This document shows, one piece after another, positions 9,189 through 16,637 of a stretch of DNA of 64,000 nt. A program made the position numbers and the translations under genes. The notes under the pieces are model-generated. The model made no database searches. It had not been told where the DNA came from and worked only from the letters and a program-made list of their open reading frames with translations. Within the stretch, counting starts at the first letter, position 1. The number at the start of each line of letters is the position of its first letter. The stretch lies in IMG/VR virus record IMGVR_UViG_3300043399_000272, positions 1-64,000 of that record; one strand, written 5' to 3'.

Positions 9189-10625
9189 TTAGACCTTTTC
9201 AGGCAAATCGTAGCGATCCTTCATAACGGTCTTCAACATGACAGCTTCGGGTGTGAAGTCTTCCAAGTCGTTAGCCATTACAGAAGTAGCCAGCGCAGGG
9301 CTGAAGCCAGAAACAAGAGCGGTACCACTCTTATCGAACTTGACAGGGGTGTTGCCATAGGCAGCGTTCAAGTTCCAGAAAACTACACGAGGTAGTTCGT
9401 AGCCAGCTTCCTTGTACTTGCGTTCCATCATCTTGATGGCAGATTCATCCTTACCGTCAACAGCTCCGTCGAACTGCATGTCGGAGAAGATTACAAGAGT
9501 ACCAGGCATTTCTGCTTGTGGGACCTTGTTCTGAACCGCAGTCTTAAGGATCAAATCAAACGCCGCGTTCAAGTTAGTGTTAGCCACTTCGCCAGTGTTC
9601 ATTTGGTCAATCTTTTGATTGATGTTACCCTTAAGGTTGACTAGCTTCGGAGTACGGCTGAATGTTAGGAAACAGTCAGCAAACTTACCCTTGTTCTTGT
9701 CAGCAAAGTACAAGCCCAGAGATAGTGCAACATCCAAGCAGGACAAGCCAGACTTGGAGTTGTAACCACCTGCGGCGCAAGTCATAGAGCCGCTAGAGTC
9801 TACCATAGGTAGAACATCTGCATCACCGATGTAGTTAGGTAGTGCATCCCATTGTGCTTGTAGCGCATCAAGTTCTGTCTTAGACATGGACTTGCGGCTC
9901 CAGCTGTTGATAGCACCCTTCAATACATCGTAAGGGTATACTGCACCGGCGTTGATTTTAACGCCAGCTTCACCCTTCACCAACTTAGTTACGTATTCAG
10001 CGTAAGTTGTGCCGTGACGGCCAAACGCCTTCTTGTAACGTGCATGTGCCACAGAGGGAACATGGTTATAGTTGATGTTGTCCCAGTCGTTGGCACACAT
10101 TTGTGTTTCAACAACATTAGTCAAAGCAACAAGGCTCTTGCGATATTGCTTAGGAGTCATACCGAAGAATTCACGGATTTCACGTGCTACTTCGCCCTTA
10201 CGTGGAGTCCACTTTGCCGCCAAGCCGTTACGTGCGCGGAGCGCATCACCAAGCATAGTATATGCCTTGGCCTTTAGAGGCTTGGTCTTAAACACAAGTA
10301 GGTCATCGTAACGACCCAATTCAGGGACCTTTGCCATCAGACGCATAGCATCTTCTGGATTAGTCTTTTCCAGATACTGCAAGATATCACGGAAAAGTTG
10401 ACGTTCACCGGAACCACCACGAGCATCACGTGCCCATTGTGCGATACGGAGAGCCAGATCGGAGTTTTCTACGTAAGCCGCAGTGAAAGCAGGAACGATG
10501 TTCTTGCCACGGCTTGCACCGATGTTATAGAACAAGTCAACACATGCGTTAGCACTGGACTTGCGAGCCTTCATACCATTTGTGGTACGAGTAGATTGGT
10601 TCTTGATTGCTTCTGCGAATTGCAT
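9189..10625 (-). CDS. DUF2828-family helical + vWA protein (Ro60/TROVE-like)
   Basis: RDARGGSGER, GRYDDL, LAAKWTPR, MIDAS-type VDSSGSM, IFSDMQFD, VFWNL, LVSGFSP; AGGAG SD. Confidence 0.85.
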   Translation of the reverse strand: MQFAEAIKNQSTRTTNGMKARKSSANACVDLFYNIGASRGKNIVPAFTAAYVENSDLALRIAQWARDARGGSGERQLFRDILQYLEKTNPEDAMRLMAKVPELGRYDDLLVFKTKPLKAKAYTMLGDALRARNGLAAKWTPRKGEVAREIREFFGMTPKQYRKSLVALTNVVETQMCANDWDNINYNHVPSVAHARYKKAFGRHGTTYAEYVTKLVKGEAGVKINAGAVYPYDVLKGAINSWSRKSMSKTELDALQAQWDALPNYIGDADVLPMVDSSGSMTCAAGGYNSKSGLSCLDVALSLGLYFADKNKGKFADCFLTFSRTPKLVNLKGNINQKIDQMNTGEVANTNLNAAFDLILKTAVQNKVPQAEMPGTLVIFSDMQFDGAVDGKDESAIKMMERKYKEAGYELPRVVFWNLNAAYGNTPVKFDKSGTALVSGFSPALATSVMANDLEDFTPEAVMLKTVMKDRYDLPEKV

Positions 10626-10652
10626 AGTACTCTCCTTTCTATGATTTTATGC

Positions 10653-10712
10653 AACAGGATGCGCTTTTAGTTTCATTTACAGTGAAATTTTAAAGTTGCT
10701 GAATGCATCCTA
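10653..10712 (-). ncRNA. CAGCA-handle RNA 1 (5' leader of the DUF2828 gene; Tyr-type anticodon hairpin)
   Basis: UAGGAUGC-AUUCAGCAA...UUUCA-CUGUAAA-UGAAA...GCAUCCUG. Confidence 0.7.
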
Positions 10713-10719
10713 AAAAAGA

Positions 10720-10748
10720 ATTATACTACAGTTTTGTTTATTTGTCAA
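10720..10748 (-). promoter_or_regulatory. sigma70-type promoter
   Basis: Perfect TTGACA-17-TATAAT; predicted +1 at ~10713, the 5' end of handle RNA 1. Confidence 0.85.
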
Positions 10749-10764
10749 CTGTAGTATAGATACG

Positions 10765-10931
10765 ACAGGATCGTTGTTGGCTGCTTTTAGTATACTCAGG
10801 CCACCACTCTGAGTTTGCTAGTCTTGCTTCAATAAGCACCTTCAAGGCTAGGCAGTTTTACGTGCTTCGCTCCAGTAACTTACCACAGTGTCTAGCGGAT
10901 CATATAAATGATAATTGCTGTACCGATCCTA
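10765..10931 (-). ncRNA. CAGCA-handle RNA 2 (multi-hairpin module)
   Basis: UAGGAUCG-GUACAGCAA...CGAUCCUG. Confidence 0.65.
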
Positions 10932-10941
10932 AAAAATAAAA

Positions 10942-11169
10942 ACGGGATGTTCGGAGACGTAATTTTATTTTCTGGTTCTGCTCTGGTTACTCCCAGAACC
11001 CTAGCAACGATTCACGTTGCCTAGCTAGTGTTGTGTCTGTACTAGCATCATAGAATGTCTTTCCAATCTGTCATCAGTTCCGTTAGCGTCTAGTTTCCTA
11101 GATAAACCCTTTGGGGGCACCGTCTACTGCATTAGTTCAGTATGTTTTTAAATGCTGTAATCATCCCTA
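10942..11169 (-). ncRNA. CAGCA-handle RNA 3 (~230-nt multi-hairpin module)
   Basis: UAGGGAUG-AUUACAGCA...CAUCCCG. Confidence 0.65.
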
Positions 11170-11188
11170 CAAATCATTTAATAAACGT

Positions 11189-11216
11189 ATTATACATAAT
11201 TTTGGTTATCTGTCAA
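11189..11216 (-). promoter_or_regulatory. sigma70-type promoter for handle RNAs 3 and 2
   Basis: TTGACA-16-TATAAT. Confidence 0.7.
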
Positions 11217-11237
11217 ACAATTTCGGATAAATACTCT

Positions 11238-11846
11238 ATGAACTTATACGAAGAATTAGAGTTACCCAAAAACTGTTCTCCTGAACAAATTAAACAACAA
11301 TACCGTCATATGGCAGGTATTCATCATCCTGACAAAGGCGGAGATGCTGAAAAGTTCAAAAGAATAAAACTCGCCTATGAAGTATTAAGTGACCCTTCCC
11401 GTAGAAAAACATACGATGAGACCAATGTTATCAGCGAGAGTAATGGCATACGCAATGAAGCGTTAAACACACTATCTCTGGTATTCTTTAAAGTAATTTC
11501 TTCTATCGATTTACATAATGGTAACTTAGTAGAAGCGATGAAAACTGAAATAGCAGGTGGTAACGCCAAACTAGATGCTGATGCTGCCAACTGTAAAAAA
11601 TATATTTTAAATCTCGAATTAGCTAAACAAAAATTAATATTCAAAAATCCAGTAGATGAAAATATATTACTAGGATTTTTAGAAACTCAACTTAGCGCCA
11701 GACAGAATGATTTGCGTGTTATTGCACATCAAAGAGAAGTAAATGATTTAATGTTGATATTATTAGAAGACTATATGTATGGGTTCTTAGAACTACCCAC
11801 ACATATACCTGATGTAGTCAATGACGAGGGTAATCCTAATCCTTGA
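11238..11846 (+). CDS. J-domain (DnaJ-like) protein
   Basis: LYEELEL...HHPDKGGD...AYEVLSD; ATG just after TAAATA. Confidence 0.85.
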   Translation: MNLYEELELPKNCSPEQIKQQYRHMAGIHHPDKGGDAEKFKRIKLAYEVLSDPSRRKTYDETNVISESNGIRNEALNTLSLVFFKVISSIDLHNGNLVEAMKTEIAGGNAKLDADAANCKKYILNLELAKQKLIFKNPVDENILLGFLETQLSARQNDLRVIAHQREVNDLMLILLEDYMYGFLELPTHIPDVVNDEGNPNP

Positions 11847-11862
11847 CTGTTTATTAACTGAT

Positions 11863-11938
11863 TGGTGGAGGTGACAGGACTCGAACCCGCTACCTTCTGA
11901 ATGCAAATCAGACGCTCTCCCAGCTGAGCTACACCCCC
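11863..11938 (-). tRNA. tRNA-Ala(TGC)
   Basis: Canonical cloverleaf, G3:U70, CCA. Confidence 0.95.
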
Positions 11939-11947
11939 ACTAGTGTT

Positions 11948-12154
11948 TTATTTATACCGAATACGTTTGAGGTAATCTTTACCTACAAGCCCTTCTTCAA
12001 TTTCCGTAAGTGCAGTAACTACTGGACCATGCTTAATATCTAATTTTGGTCTATGACCATTTCGTAATTCACGAACTCGCTGACTTGCAACGAGAATCAA
12101 ATCATACCTATTTCCAATTTGTTCTACTGCTTTTTCGCTACTAATTCTTGCCAT
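11948..12154 (-). CDS. rpoZ: RNA polymerase omega subunit homolog
   Basis: MARISSEKAVEQIGNRYDLILVASQRVREL...TALTEIEEG. Confidence 0.85.
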   Translation of the reverse strand: MARISSEKAVEQIGNRYDLILVASQRVRELRNGHRPKLDIKHGPVVTALTEIEEGLVGKDYLKRIRYK

Positions 12155-12158
12155 ATAT

Positions 12159-12482
12159 TCACCAATAATAAATGTGTGGTTTGCGACCGACACCGGGATA
12201 ATCTTCATCAATAAGTTCCTCAATAGGACACTTAACAATTTTCTTTTCCCACTGCTTGCCACGAGCACGTTGAGGCTGATTCATAAATTCACGGATGAAC
12301 CAACTAGGTTCAGTCATCCAATGATTTTCAGTGTCAACATGCTTCTTTTTCTTTGTCAGTACACCGCGATATTCAAGGAAGCAAAAGCGATATGGCCAAG
12401 CTCCACAGCGGTAATACCTGTAATCCCATTGTTGTTCAGGAAACCTGATTTTAGTGGGACGGTCTTTATACGTTCTAGACAT
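12159..12482 (-). CDS. basic hypothetical protein (MSRTYKD...)
   Basis: AAGGAG SD. Confidence 0.7.
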   Translation of the reverse strand: MSRTYKDRPTKIRFPEQQWDYRYYRCGAWPYRFCFLEYRGVLTKKKKHVDTENHWMTEPSWFIREFMNQPQRARGKQWEKKIVKCPIEELIDEDYPGVGRKPHIYYW

Positions 12483-12537
12483 GTTTTTCTCCTTAACATC
12501 TAAAATCGCATATTAACCTCTACTTTCTTTTTAAATT

Positions 12538-12613
12538 TGGAGCGGGCAAAGAGACTCGAACTCTCGACATTCACCTTGGCAAGGTGACGCTCTACCAACT
12601 GAGCTATACCCGC
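12538..12613 (-). tRNA. tRNA-Gly(GCC)
   Basis: Canonical, U73, CCA. Confidence 0.95.
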
Positions 12614-12614
12614 A

Positions 12615-12764
12615 TTAACTTGGTATCATATGAGGCATAAAGGGAACTGCTCTGGGTCCATGACGTTGTTGTAAAAGCATTCGTGCTTCTTCTGCACTGT
12701 TTGCACCAACACGGTCTTTGAACTCTTTACCGTTTACTCTAATTGTTGCCTCAAATAATTTCAT
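12615..12764 (-). CDS. small hypothetical protein (MKLFEATIR...)
   Basis: Lies between two tRNAs. Confidence 0.6.
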   Translation of the reverse strand: MKLFEATIRVNGKEFKDRVGANSAEEARMLLQQRHGPRAVPFMPHMIPS

Positions 12765-12770
12765 ATTCTT

Positions 12771-12846
12771 TGGTGGATCGTGACAGGCTCGAACTGCCGA
12801 CATTCTGCGTGTAAGGCAGACACTCTACCAACTGAGTTAACGATCC
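12771..12846 (-). tRNA. tRNA-Val(TAC)
   Basis: Canonical cloverleaf. Confidence 0.95.
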
Positions 12847-12856
12847 TATATCTTAT

Positions 12857-13036
12857 TTAGCCGCCTTGCTCACTATCTTTAATTTCTGTTTGCTGAGCAA
12901 TACGTTCAAATTCTTCGTCCTCTTGAAGTTGTTCTTCTTCAAGGCGTTTGTCTTTACGGAAGATTCTGTCAAAGTTATTAGCGAATTCTTCCTGACTTAC
13001 ACTAAATGGTCTTGGACTAGAACCTTTGCCGCTCAT
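12857..13036 (-). CDS. small hypothetical protein (MSGKGSSPRPFSV...)
   Basis: Read by hand, 59 aa; ATGA overlap. Confidence 0.7.
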   Translation of the reverse strand: MSGKGSSPRPFSVSQEEFANNFDRIFRKDKRLEEEQLQEDEEFERIAQQTEIKDSEQGG

Positions 13037-13203
13037 TTTTCATTATCCTTAACTTTGACAAAACTGCGTGATTCACCTTGTGCAATTTCAACGAAACTAC
13101 GAATGAATGCCCCGCGGGCGTGTGCATCACGAATAGTAGCGGCACGGCGCTTAATTGCTTTTGAAATCTTCACTGCCTTCGGGCTATATCCTCTACAAGT
13201 CAT
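13033..13203 (-). CDS. small basic hypothetical protein (MTCRGYSPKAVK...)
   Basis: Read by hand; AAGGAG SD. Confidence 0.7.
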   Translation of the reverse strand: MTCRGYSPKAVKISKAIKRRAATIRDAHARGAFIRSFVEIAQGESRSFVKVKDNEK

Positions 13204-13223
13204 AATTACTCCTTTAGTTTAAG

Positions 13224-13299
13224 TGGTCTCGGTAGAGGGATTTGAACCCCCACCACATGCTCCCAAAGCATGGACGCTACCAGGTTACGCCATACCGAG
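13224..13299 (-). tRNA. tRNA-Pro(TGG)
   Basis: Cloverleaf, loop TTTGGGA. Confidence 0.9.
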
Positions 13300-13866
13300 T
13301 TTAAATCTATTTACATAGTCATCAACTATGTGTTGAATTTCTCCTGCGTATCTGCTATGTAGATACTGATGATGTGTGGGACATAATGGAACTAGATTTT
13401 CAGGTCTATCATCAAAATGATCCTCATTATAATGATGGACTGCTACAATCTTATTTTCACCACATACTACACACTCTTTTTTATGATTCGCAAAACATTT
13501 ATATTGATACGAATCACCTTTAAAATTACCATTGTTCTCGCCAACTTTGAAAAAGCTATTAGCGCAACTTTTGCTACAAGTTCCCTTTGAAGTCTTGTAA
13601 TTTTTTATAGGTTTTCCGCAAAAATTACATTCTTTCAGATTAGCAGGATTCATGTAGCAATGATGCTCATGTTTCTTTATATTAGCGATCCCGTATTCTT
13701 CTCCACAAAATCTACATTTTCTTTTCCTAGCGTTTATCTCACTGAACCCGCCTGTACCAGGATTAGATAAATGTGCGATGAATGCTTTCAAAGACTTGTA
13801 GTTTTTGTTGTTCTTAGGACTAGTAAAAGTTCCGTCAGTGTTTTGATATTGTATGTATTGTTGCAT
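13285..13866 (-). CDS. HNH endonuclease with Zn-finger repeats
   Basis: CxxC repeats; VHH...NLVPLCPTHH. Confidence 0.8.
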   Translation of the reverse strand: MQQYIQYQNTDGTFTSPKNNKNYKSLKAFIAHLSNPGTGGFSEINARKRKCRFCGEEYGIANIKKHEHHCYMNPANLKECNFCGKPIKNYKTSKGTCSKSCANSFFKVGENNGNFKGDSYQYKCFANHKKECVVCGENKIVAVHHYNEDHFDDRPENLVPLCPTHHQYLHSRYAGEIQHIVDDYVNRFKLGMA

Positions 13867-13924
13867 ACACTTATTTATGCTCGGAGTGCTAAATTTGAGA
13901 TTTTATGCACTCTGACCAAAGATT

Positions 13925-13993
13925 TGGTTGCGGGTAAGGATTCGAACCTCTGGGCCGAGCTTATGAGACTGACCTATCACCTGATTTCCCGCG
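13925..13993 (-). tRNA. degenerate tRNA-fMet-like (CAT)
   Basis: CGCGGG/CCCGCA-ACCA with C1:A72, loop CTCATAA, reduced D arm. Confidence 0.55.
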
Positions 13994-14013
13994 TAGATAT
14001 TTAACTGAATTAT

Positions 14014-14135
14014 AACAGGTTCTCTTTTTTCGTGCTACCATTACACTACAGTGACGACCAATTCACTGCCGGGATTCGAACTCGGACCTTCTTTTTTCCA
14101 GAAAGATAAAATTTAAATTGCTGAAAAGAACCTAA
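14014..14135 (-). ncRNA. CAGCA-handle RNA 4: circularly permuted tRNA (Ser GGA-type arm), YrlA-like
   Basis: Handle, anticodon arm, T arm (UUCGAAU), closed acceptor CAGUGA/UCACUG, D arm, handle. Confidence 0.75.
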
Positions 14136-14147
14136 TGGTCAAATGTG

Positions 14148-14224
14148 TGGTGCCCTCAGCGGGACTTGAACCCGCAGAATCCTGATTTTGAGTCAGGCAC
14201 GTATACCAATTCCATCACAAGGGC
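14148..14224 (-). tRNA. tRNA-Leu(CAA), short variable loop
   Basis: 77-nt cloverleaf. Confidence 0.85.
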
Positions 14225-14225
14225 G

Positions 14226-14399
14226 TTACTTACTCCTGCGATATTCGATCTTCATTTGTTCAGAAATGTTGAAAGAATTCAACAACCCTGCATCTTTGTC
14301 CGCTTTAATTTGCGGCCAAAATTGATTAGGGTCGTATTTCTCGCCAGAGACTGTTACGGTTTTGTATAGTTTGTCGTTGATGTAAATTTTGATTTCCAT
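14226..14399 (-). CDS. small hypothetical protein (MEIKIYINDK...)
   Basis: Read by hand; TAAATA 5 nt upstream. Confidence 0.6.
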   Translation of the reverse strand: MEIKIYINDKLYKTVTVSGEKYDPNQFWPQIKADKDAGLLNSFNISEQMKIEYRRSK

Positions 14400-14417
14400 A
14401 ACAGTATTTATGATATT

Positions 14418-14494
14418 TGGTGCCCCAGAGGAGACTCGAACTCCTAAAATTTGGCTTCTAAGACCAACACGTATACCAATTCCGTCACCGGGGC
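14418..14494 (-). tRNA. tRNA-Leu(TAG), short variable loop
   Basis: 77-nt cloverleaf. Confidence 0.85.
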
Positions 14495-14606
14495 AATTAA
14501 TTTTTAAAGAACAAAGTAAAGTATATCAAATAAAATTTACTTTGTCAAATGTTTTGGTTAACTGTTTCTCATCCTATACATTGTAAACAATGAGAAACAC
14601 TTTTAT

Positions 14607-14680
14607 TGGAGCGGGGTAAGAGAATCGAACTCTCCGCATCAGCTTGGAAGGCTGAGGTATTACCACTATACGAACCCCGC
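14607..14680 (-). tRNA. tRNA-Gly(TCC)
   Basis: Canonical cloverleaf. Confidence 0.95.
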
Positions 14681-14693
14681 GATAAATATATTT

Positions 14694-14858
14694 ATGTATA
14701 CATACGATGCTATTACAAAAACCGGGTTACATATTCATTTATCAATGAACGAGAACGCAGATTGTTACATCCTAGTATACGATTTGTATACCTATGATAT
14801 TGAAATGAAATTCTTTACAGACCAAGAGGCTGCTAAAAGATTTATCAATTCTCTATAA
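14694..14858 (+). CDS. small hypothetical protein (MYTYDAITK...)
   Basis: Read by hand; TAAATA upstream. Confidence 0.5.
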   Translation: MYTYDAITKTGLHIHLSMNENADCYILVYDLYTYDIEMKFFTDQEAAKRFINSL

Positions 14859-14860
14859 TA

Positions 14861-15286
14861 TTAATCATCTAATGGCACTTCTTGCCAGGAGCTATCTCCC
14901 ATCAATTTCACTGCCATAACAAACTTATTATGTTCACCTGGACCAGCACACCATCTTTGAGGATGAGTATGACATAACCAGTTTATATTCTTGTATGAAT
15001 CATTATAAACATAATAAGTGTGTCCATGTACTACTCTAAATCCATAAACGCATTTGTGCATTATGTCACTAACTGCCATGCGATTTACAAGTGATTCGGC
15101 TTGTCTTTTTAAGACTTCTACCTGCTCCATAATACGTTCATACTCTAGTTGAGCATGTAGCTTACCAGTATTAAGTATTATATCTTTTTCTTTTTCTACA
15201 TTGATAGGAGCAAAAGAAGGACTGCCTAATTCCATTGGATACGGCAAACTGTTTCTCTTGTCTCTGTCCTCTTTAGTTAAATCCAT
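14861..15286 (-). CDS. DUF2452-like protein
   Basis: SLPYPMELGSPSFAP...GHTYYVY...DSSW; start corrected to exclude the tRNA. Confidence 0.65.
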   Translation of the reverse strand: MDLTKEDRDKRNSLPYPMELGSPSFAPINVEKEKDIILNTGKLHAQLEYERIMEQVEVLKRQAESLVNRMAVSDIMHKCVYGFRVVHGHTYYVYNDSYKNINWLCHTHPQRWCAGPGEHNKFVMAVKLMGDSSWQEVPLDD

Positions 15287-15333
15287 AATAGTCAGAATTA
15301 TATATCGCTTGACGATGTTTGTCAAATATAAAT

Positions 15334-15433
15334 TGGTGCCCCTAGCAGGACTCGAACCTGCACACGCTGGCTTATCTGGCCAGTGCTTTGACGGAGTATA
15401 AGGCCGCTTCTTTACCAATTAAGCTATAGGGGC
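15334..15433 (-). tRNA. tRNA-like RNA with a TAT loop plus an extra GAT-loop arm
   Basis: Normal acceptor, D and T arms; loops CTTATAC and CAGATAA. Confidence 0.6.
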
Positions 15434-15445
15434 AATAAATACAAC

Positions 15446-15640
15446 ATGAACCGAACAGACGCTATTAAACTAGTAGAAGAATTGTTAGAGTTATATGCTA
15501 ACAAAAACTACGGTTCGGCTCAGATGGTAGCCATATATCAGCGAGGTTATCTCACAGGAGTACTGGCTGATCTAATCCGTTTAGATTTCTACGCAGAACA
15601 CAAAATCAGGCAGAAAATTGAGGAGCGTAGAAAAAAATAA
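15446..15640 (+). CDS. hypothetical protein
   Basis: TAAATA 4 nt upstream of the ATG. Confidence 0.65.
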   Translation: MNRTDAIKLVEELLELYANKNYGSAQMVAIYQRGYLTGVLADLIRLDFYAEHKIRQKIEERRKK

Positions 15641-15644
15641 TATT

Positions 15645-15718
15645 TGGCATCCCCCCAGGGATTCGAACCCCGACCAAGGGTTTTGGAGACCCGTATGCTG
15701 CCGTTACACTAGGGAGAT
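15645..15718 (-). tRNA. tRNA-Trp(CCA)
   Basis: Cloverleaf, G73. Confidence 0.9.
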
Positions 15719-15725
15719 ATCATCT

Positions 15726-15815
15726 TGGTGGAAGCGGTGAGATTCGAACTCACGGGACTCGTAAAAGACCGACGGTTTTCAAGACCGTTGCGTTAAACCA
15801 CTCTGCCACGCTTCC
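15726..15815 (-). tRNA. tRNA-Ser(TGA)
   Basis: Long V arm. Confidence 0.9.
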
Positions 15816-15816
15816 A

Positions 15817-15999
15817 TTAAGTTTTTTTATCAATACTATTACCTTTATCAGGAGTTCTCTCTACTACACCGTGTCGAGTGTACACCTCACATGTAATAAC
15901 TTTTTTACCTGTTACAGGATTTTGTATTGTCTTGTAAATTCTTGTTTGTATAGAATCTCTTACATAGTTTACAAGATGTTGAACACTGGTTACTATCAT
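15817..15999 (-). CDS. hypothetical protein
   Basis: TAAATA upstream. Confidence 0.55.
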   Translation of the reverse strand: MIVTSVQHLVNYVRDSIQTRIYKTIQNPVTGKKVITCEVYTRHGVVERTPDKGNSIDKKT

Positions 16000-16013
16000 A
16001 GATAATATTTATT

Positions 16014-16092
16014 TACCATATAGAAACACACTAGTACCCTACTGATTCCTGCTAGCGGTTTGTTTCAGACCGTAATGTGTTTTTATATGGTA
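16014..16092 (-). repeat. long-stem element L1 (18-bp inverted repeat)
   Basis: TACCATATAGAAACACAC...ATGTGTTTTTATATGGTA; overlaps the tRNA-Lys CCA. Confidence 0.7.
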
Positions 16093-16164
16093 GACGCTGT
16101 GGGATTCGAACCCACGACTCTCGGATTAAAAGTCCGATACTCTAGCCAACTGAGTTAAGCGTCC
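16088..16164 (-). tRNA. tRNA-Lys(TTT)
   Basis: Canonical cloverleaf. Confidence 0.95.
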
Positions 16165-16170
16165 ATGAAT

Positions 16171-16245
16171 TGGTCCCAGTGCTGAGATTCGAACTCAGTT
16201 CTCTCGGCTTAAGAGGCCGGACTTCACCGTCAAAGTTTCTCTGGG
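16171..16245 (-). tRNA. tRNA-Lys(CTT), atypical
   Basis: Cloverleaf with an atypical D region and an acceptor mismatch. Confidence 0.75.
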
Positions 16246-16272
16246 ATAGTACGTATTATAACTTGATTTTAC

Positions 16273-16346
16273 GTGCCATCCCTAGACCAATACATGAACG
16301 TCTAAGAATGACACTAACGTTTACCTCGTTTCATGTCAATCTCCTT
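16273..16346 (-). other. mini-ORF MKRGKR-UAG followed by a 15-bp hairpin
   Basis: AAGGAG SD, ATG at 16334, TAG at 16314-16316, stem 16300-16314 / 16273-16287. Confidence 0.55.
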
Positions 16347-16370
16347 AAAAAAATGTAAACTGAATTATTG

Positions 16371-16433
16371 TCAAAACTTTCGTAGGACAATGTACAACAT
16401 CACAAAAAGAACAATTATAACTATGATTGCCAT
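16371..16433 (-). CDS. 20-aa hydrophobic peptide (MAIIVIIVLFVMLYIVLRKF)
   Basis: AAGGAG SD; single TM-like segment. Confidence 0.5.
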   Translation of the reverse strand: MAIIVIIVLFVMLYIVLRKF

Positions 16434-16454
16434 ATCATTCTCCTTGTTAGTGTT

Positions 16455-16529
16455 TGGAGGTCAGGGTAGGAATTTAACCTACCTAATACGGGTTTGCAAT
16501 CCGTCGCATAAACGATCTGCCACCTGACC
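16455..16529 (-). tRNA. tRNA-Cys(GCA)
   Basis: Cloverleaf, U73, atypical T loop TTAAATT. Confidence 0.85.
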
Positions 16530-16538
16530 ATAAATTCT

Positions 16539-16632
16539 TGGCAGAGAGTGAGGGATTCGAACCCTCGGTGCTAGTTTTTGCTAGCACGCTTTCTTAGCAG
16601 GAAAGTGATTTAAGCCTCTCATCCAACTCTCT
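16539..16632 (-). tRNA. tRNA-Ser(GCT)
   Basis: Long V arm, G73. Confidence 0.9.
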
Positions 16633-16637
16633 ATAAA

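Noticed and set aside
11040-11085. CUGAUGA...GAAA in handle RNA 3 as a hammerhead ribozyme
   Set aside because: Stem II is too small and no stem I partner could be found.
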